From Anthoceros angustus (lineage: Eukaryota; Plantae; Anthocerotophyta), in assembly GCA_010909165.1 (NCBI GenBank), contig VJWM01000317.1:13304-77303 (forward strand): a DNA stretch of 64,000 bases, read 5' to 3'. Both the position numbers and the translations under genes were made by a program. The notes under the pieces are model-generated. The model worked only from the letters and a program-made list of their open reading frames with translations. It was not told where the DNA came from and ran no database searches. This document shows, one piece after another, positions 61,216 through 64,000 of the stretch (within the stretch, counting starts at the first letter, position 1; each line of letters opens with the position of its first letter).

Positions 61216-62945
61216 TGGAGAGGACCTTCTCCATGTCCTGTAAGCCCACAATCTTAGATGCAACTTAGCATCCCAATCATACATGTGTATTCTGATTACC
61301 TTGGTGAGGATCGTGCATAACAACCCGTTTGTCTTCTCCGTCAATCCGTTTGCCTTGGGGTTGTAGGGGGTCGTCTTCCGATGCCGAATGTTGAAGTAGG
61401 TGGTTAGGGACTCAACAACAGAGTTGAGGAAATGTGTCCCTCGGTCGCTGACCAACTCTAAAGGACACCCGTACCTTGTTATAATGTTCTCGAATAAAAA
61501 CTTTGCCACTGCAGGTGCGTCGTCCTTCCTCGTTGCTTCCGCCTCCACCATCTTCGTGCAATAATCCGTAGCCACCAAAATGTACTGTTTCCTTGTCCAT
61601 TGCGTTGGCGGTTTGATTGGCCCCACGAAATCGATTCCCCACTTCTCGAATGGTGCTAACGGTAGTATATAGGTGAGGGGCCATTGTGTCGACAATGTAG
61701 GCCGCCCAACCCTCTGACACGCATCACACCTCCGAGTGAACTCCCACACCTCCTTACGCAGCCCACAACGCATTCAAGATCTTCTTAACGGTCACCTGTA
61801 CCGAATAGTGTCCACCAGCCTCTTCTGCATGTAGTGCCTCTGTGACGAGTGCCGCCTCTTCAACCCCGAGACACCTCCGAATCTTCTCGTCCGGGCCTAG
61901 CTTGTATAAAACGACTCCCTTTAGACAATAGGGCGAGGCTTTGTGGAGAAAGCAGCCCGCCCCTCCCTGGATAAGCCATCGGGCATGATTCCATGCTCCA
62001 GGAACTTGCGTACTTCACCGTTCAACAGGTATCTTGGGCATGAACGACCCTCACGTTCTAACCTCCTCCTTCCAGGCATACTACGTCGCCGTCTGCCCAT
62101 TCGCCCGTTAGTAGCCCTAGGTGGCATGGATCCCTCTTCAAGTCCATCGCCTTCTGTTCGATCTTGCTCACGACTGCGGTCCGTTTACATGCCCTCAGGC
62201 AGAACGATCTCTTCCATTCCCGCTAGTCTAGCCTCGTGCCTAGGTCCAGCTCGTGCTCCCATGGCAAACTCCTGGCCTTCCTGCACCTCCATGTCCTCCT
62301 GAGGCGTGATTTCCCATGAATCCGCCACCTCCTTCTCCTGCGAGTTTTCTTCAAACTTGTCACGTGGTGCACCTCCTTCCTTTTGCCAACTCGTGGCCTC
62401 CCCTTGCAGCCCTTCTGACTGCTCACCCTCGAGGATCATTCCAGCCTCCTCCGCGCGCCCATGCTGGCGCCATCCTATCTCCTCTCGGATTTCCAGTTGT
62501 CCTGCTGACTTTTCACACTGGCGCTCCCTTCTTGCTCATTTGGCACATCTCAGCAACAAGACTTGCTGATCAATTCTTAGGCCGTCTTCAACATGCTCAC
62601 GTCCTCCCCTTGACCCGGCTGCGGCGACCGGCTCCTCGTGAATCTGGTGTGGTCTCAAGTCGCTCTCCGGTTTAGGGCGAGAAATAAAATCAGCATTGAT
62701 CTTGCTTCACAGCCTAGTTTCCACGTCGTAATCGAATTCTTGTAGCAGTAGCACCCATCTGGCAATCCTTCCTGACAAATCTGGCTTGTTGACAAGATAC
62801 TTCAACGCAAAATGGTCAACATGGAACGTCACCTTGCAAGCAAGCAGATAGTGTCTAAACTTCTTACAGGAGTAAATGATACCAAGACCCTCTCGCTCGG
62901 TGGTTGAGTAATTCTTCTCAGCGTCCGTGAGCTGTCTACCGGCAT
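61215..62945 (-). pseudogene. Gypsy RNase H, acidic linker and integrase fragment from an autonomous relative of family A
   Basis: RQLTDAEKNYSTTEREGLGIIYSCKKFRHYL...DHFALKYL...RIARWVLLLQEFDY; CDACQR, PFEKWGIDFVGPI, SDRGTHF, YNPKANGLTEKTN. Confidence 0.9.
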
Positions 62946-63799
62946 AGGGGAGGAGGAGCACGCGGAGTAGCAGCAGAGGCTGCAGGAGGTGGCGGAGCAG
63001 CCTTGGCGGCCTCAAGAGACTCCACCAGACTCCAGTTGGCGGGCCTGGCGGCGGAGACGGCCCAGCAGGCCAACTAGCATGCGCAGCTACCGGCGCACCT
63101 TTGGAGGAGGGAGTATCGGGTGCTCCAGGCTCATGTGGAGGAGGCAATCCAACAAGTCGATTCAAACTTTGCCTACTACCACGCAGAGCTCCTCAAGGAG
63201 GTCTGAACCACCCCGGTTAGCGGACCCCGGATGGATCGGAGGTAGTGGGATGAGGCGAAGGCCACAGAATGTGCGGCCATCGGGACTCTGGGAGGCGGCC
63301 AGAAGCAAGGCGGAGGAGGGAGTATCGGGTGCTCAGGCTCATGTGGAGGAGGCAATCCAACAAGTCGATTCAAACTTTGCCTACTACCACGCAGAGCTCC
63401 TCAAGGTGAGGTCCCGAACCACCCCGGCGATTGGACCCCGGATGGATCGGAGGTAGTGGGATGAGACGAAGGCCCTGGAGATAGTGCGGCCATCGGGACT
63501 CGGGGCCTGTTAAGACGAGCGGCAGGGAGGAGAGCATCGAGGAGGCGAGATACGGACACCCCAGGCATGAGGTAAGCCCGCCGCACTCCACCAGGGAAGA
63601 AAGGGAGGGCCGAGGGTCGAGAAGTCCAGAAGACCAAGCCGGTGAGGGGTGGGCGAGAGACGGAAGAAGGGCCAAGGAAGGAGAGGAGCGGACGCGTTCC
63701 CTCGATGCTCAGTGCAGTGGCGTGGAGGATGGTGAAACAGGCTCACCGGCGGTGAAGAAGGTGGCGGGCAGTTGTTGATCCGCGGGTATAGGGTCCCCA

Positions 63800-64000
63800 T
63801 GGGAGGAAAACCCCGGGCACTCGAGATTCCCCTCTAAGCGGCCACACTTATCCCGTTTTCGTCGTTGGGTTTCGTCCCATGAGACTTGGGGGCAGTCGAA
63901 TCTTGAAATCCGTCACTACACTGCGGCTACACACTACCTCAGCCTTCTAAACAAGCAAGGCGCCCTCTCACGCTCCCGGCGGTTCAGCACCACGGCGAGG
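63800..64000 (-). repeat. Family A LTR 3' end (runs off window)
   Basis: TGGGAGGAAAACCCCGGGCACTCGAGATTCCCCTCTA... matches 6668 onward and 16960 onward. Confidence 0.85.

Overview
Eukaryotic plant-type genomic DNA; an early-diverging land plant such as a hornwort, liverwort or lycophyte is my inference from gene style, not proven. About 85% of the window is nested transposable elements. 1-26.4 kb and 40.2-41.3 kb: a scrambled cluster (direct, tandem and fold-back pieces) of one non-autonomous Ty3/gypsy family ('family A': ~1.05-kb LTR, tRNA-Asp-type PBS, gag and integrase remnants, no PR/RT/RH, an extra coiled-coil ORF before the 3' LTR). 26423-40230: a 13.8-kb cut-and-paste DNA transposon (perfect 19-bp TIRs, CATG duplicated) with a Sola/DUF7869-like DDE transposase on the - strand. 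Head-to-head with it on the + strand is an intron-containing gene for a ParB/Srx-like domain plus a bacterial-type beta-class amino (N6-adenine/N4-cytosine) DNA methyltransferase; this is the most striking system in the window. 41.3-49.4 kb: a Ty1/copia RT-RH remnant interrupted by a 3.8-kb TG...CA solo-LTR-like element (5-bp TSD AGCAA) that carries its own ORF. 52.7-58.0 kb: an intact ~17-exon host gene for an RNA Pol II CTD phosphatase-like protein with two dsRBDs (CPL1-like). 58.9-59.8 kb: a decayed gypsy fragment with a C5-cytosine DNMT C-terminus directly before the pre-RT region. 59.8-64 kb: gypsy RH/INT, coiled-coil ORF pieces and another family A LTR. The repeats are full of small indels while the host gene is clean, so many frameshifts and tandem duplications may be long-read or assembly artefacts. 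All protein assignments are by-eye motif recognition; no searches were run.
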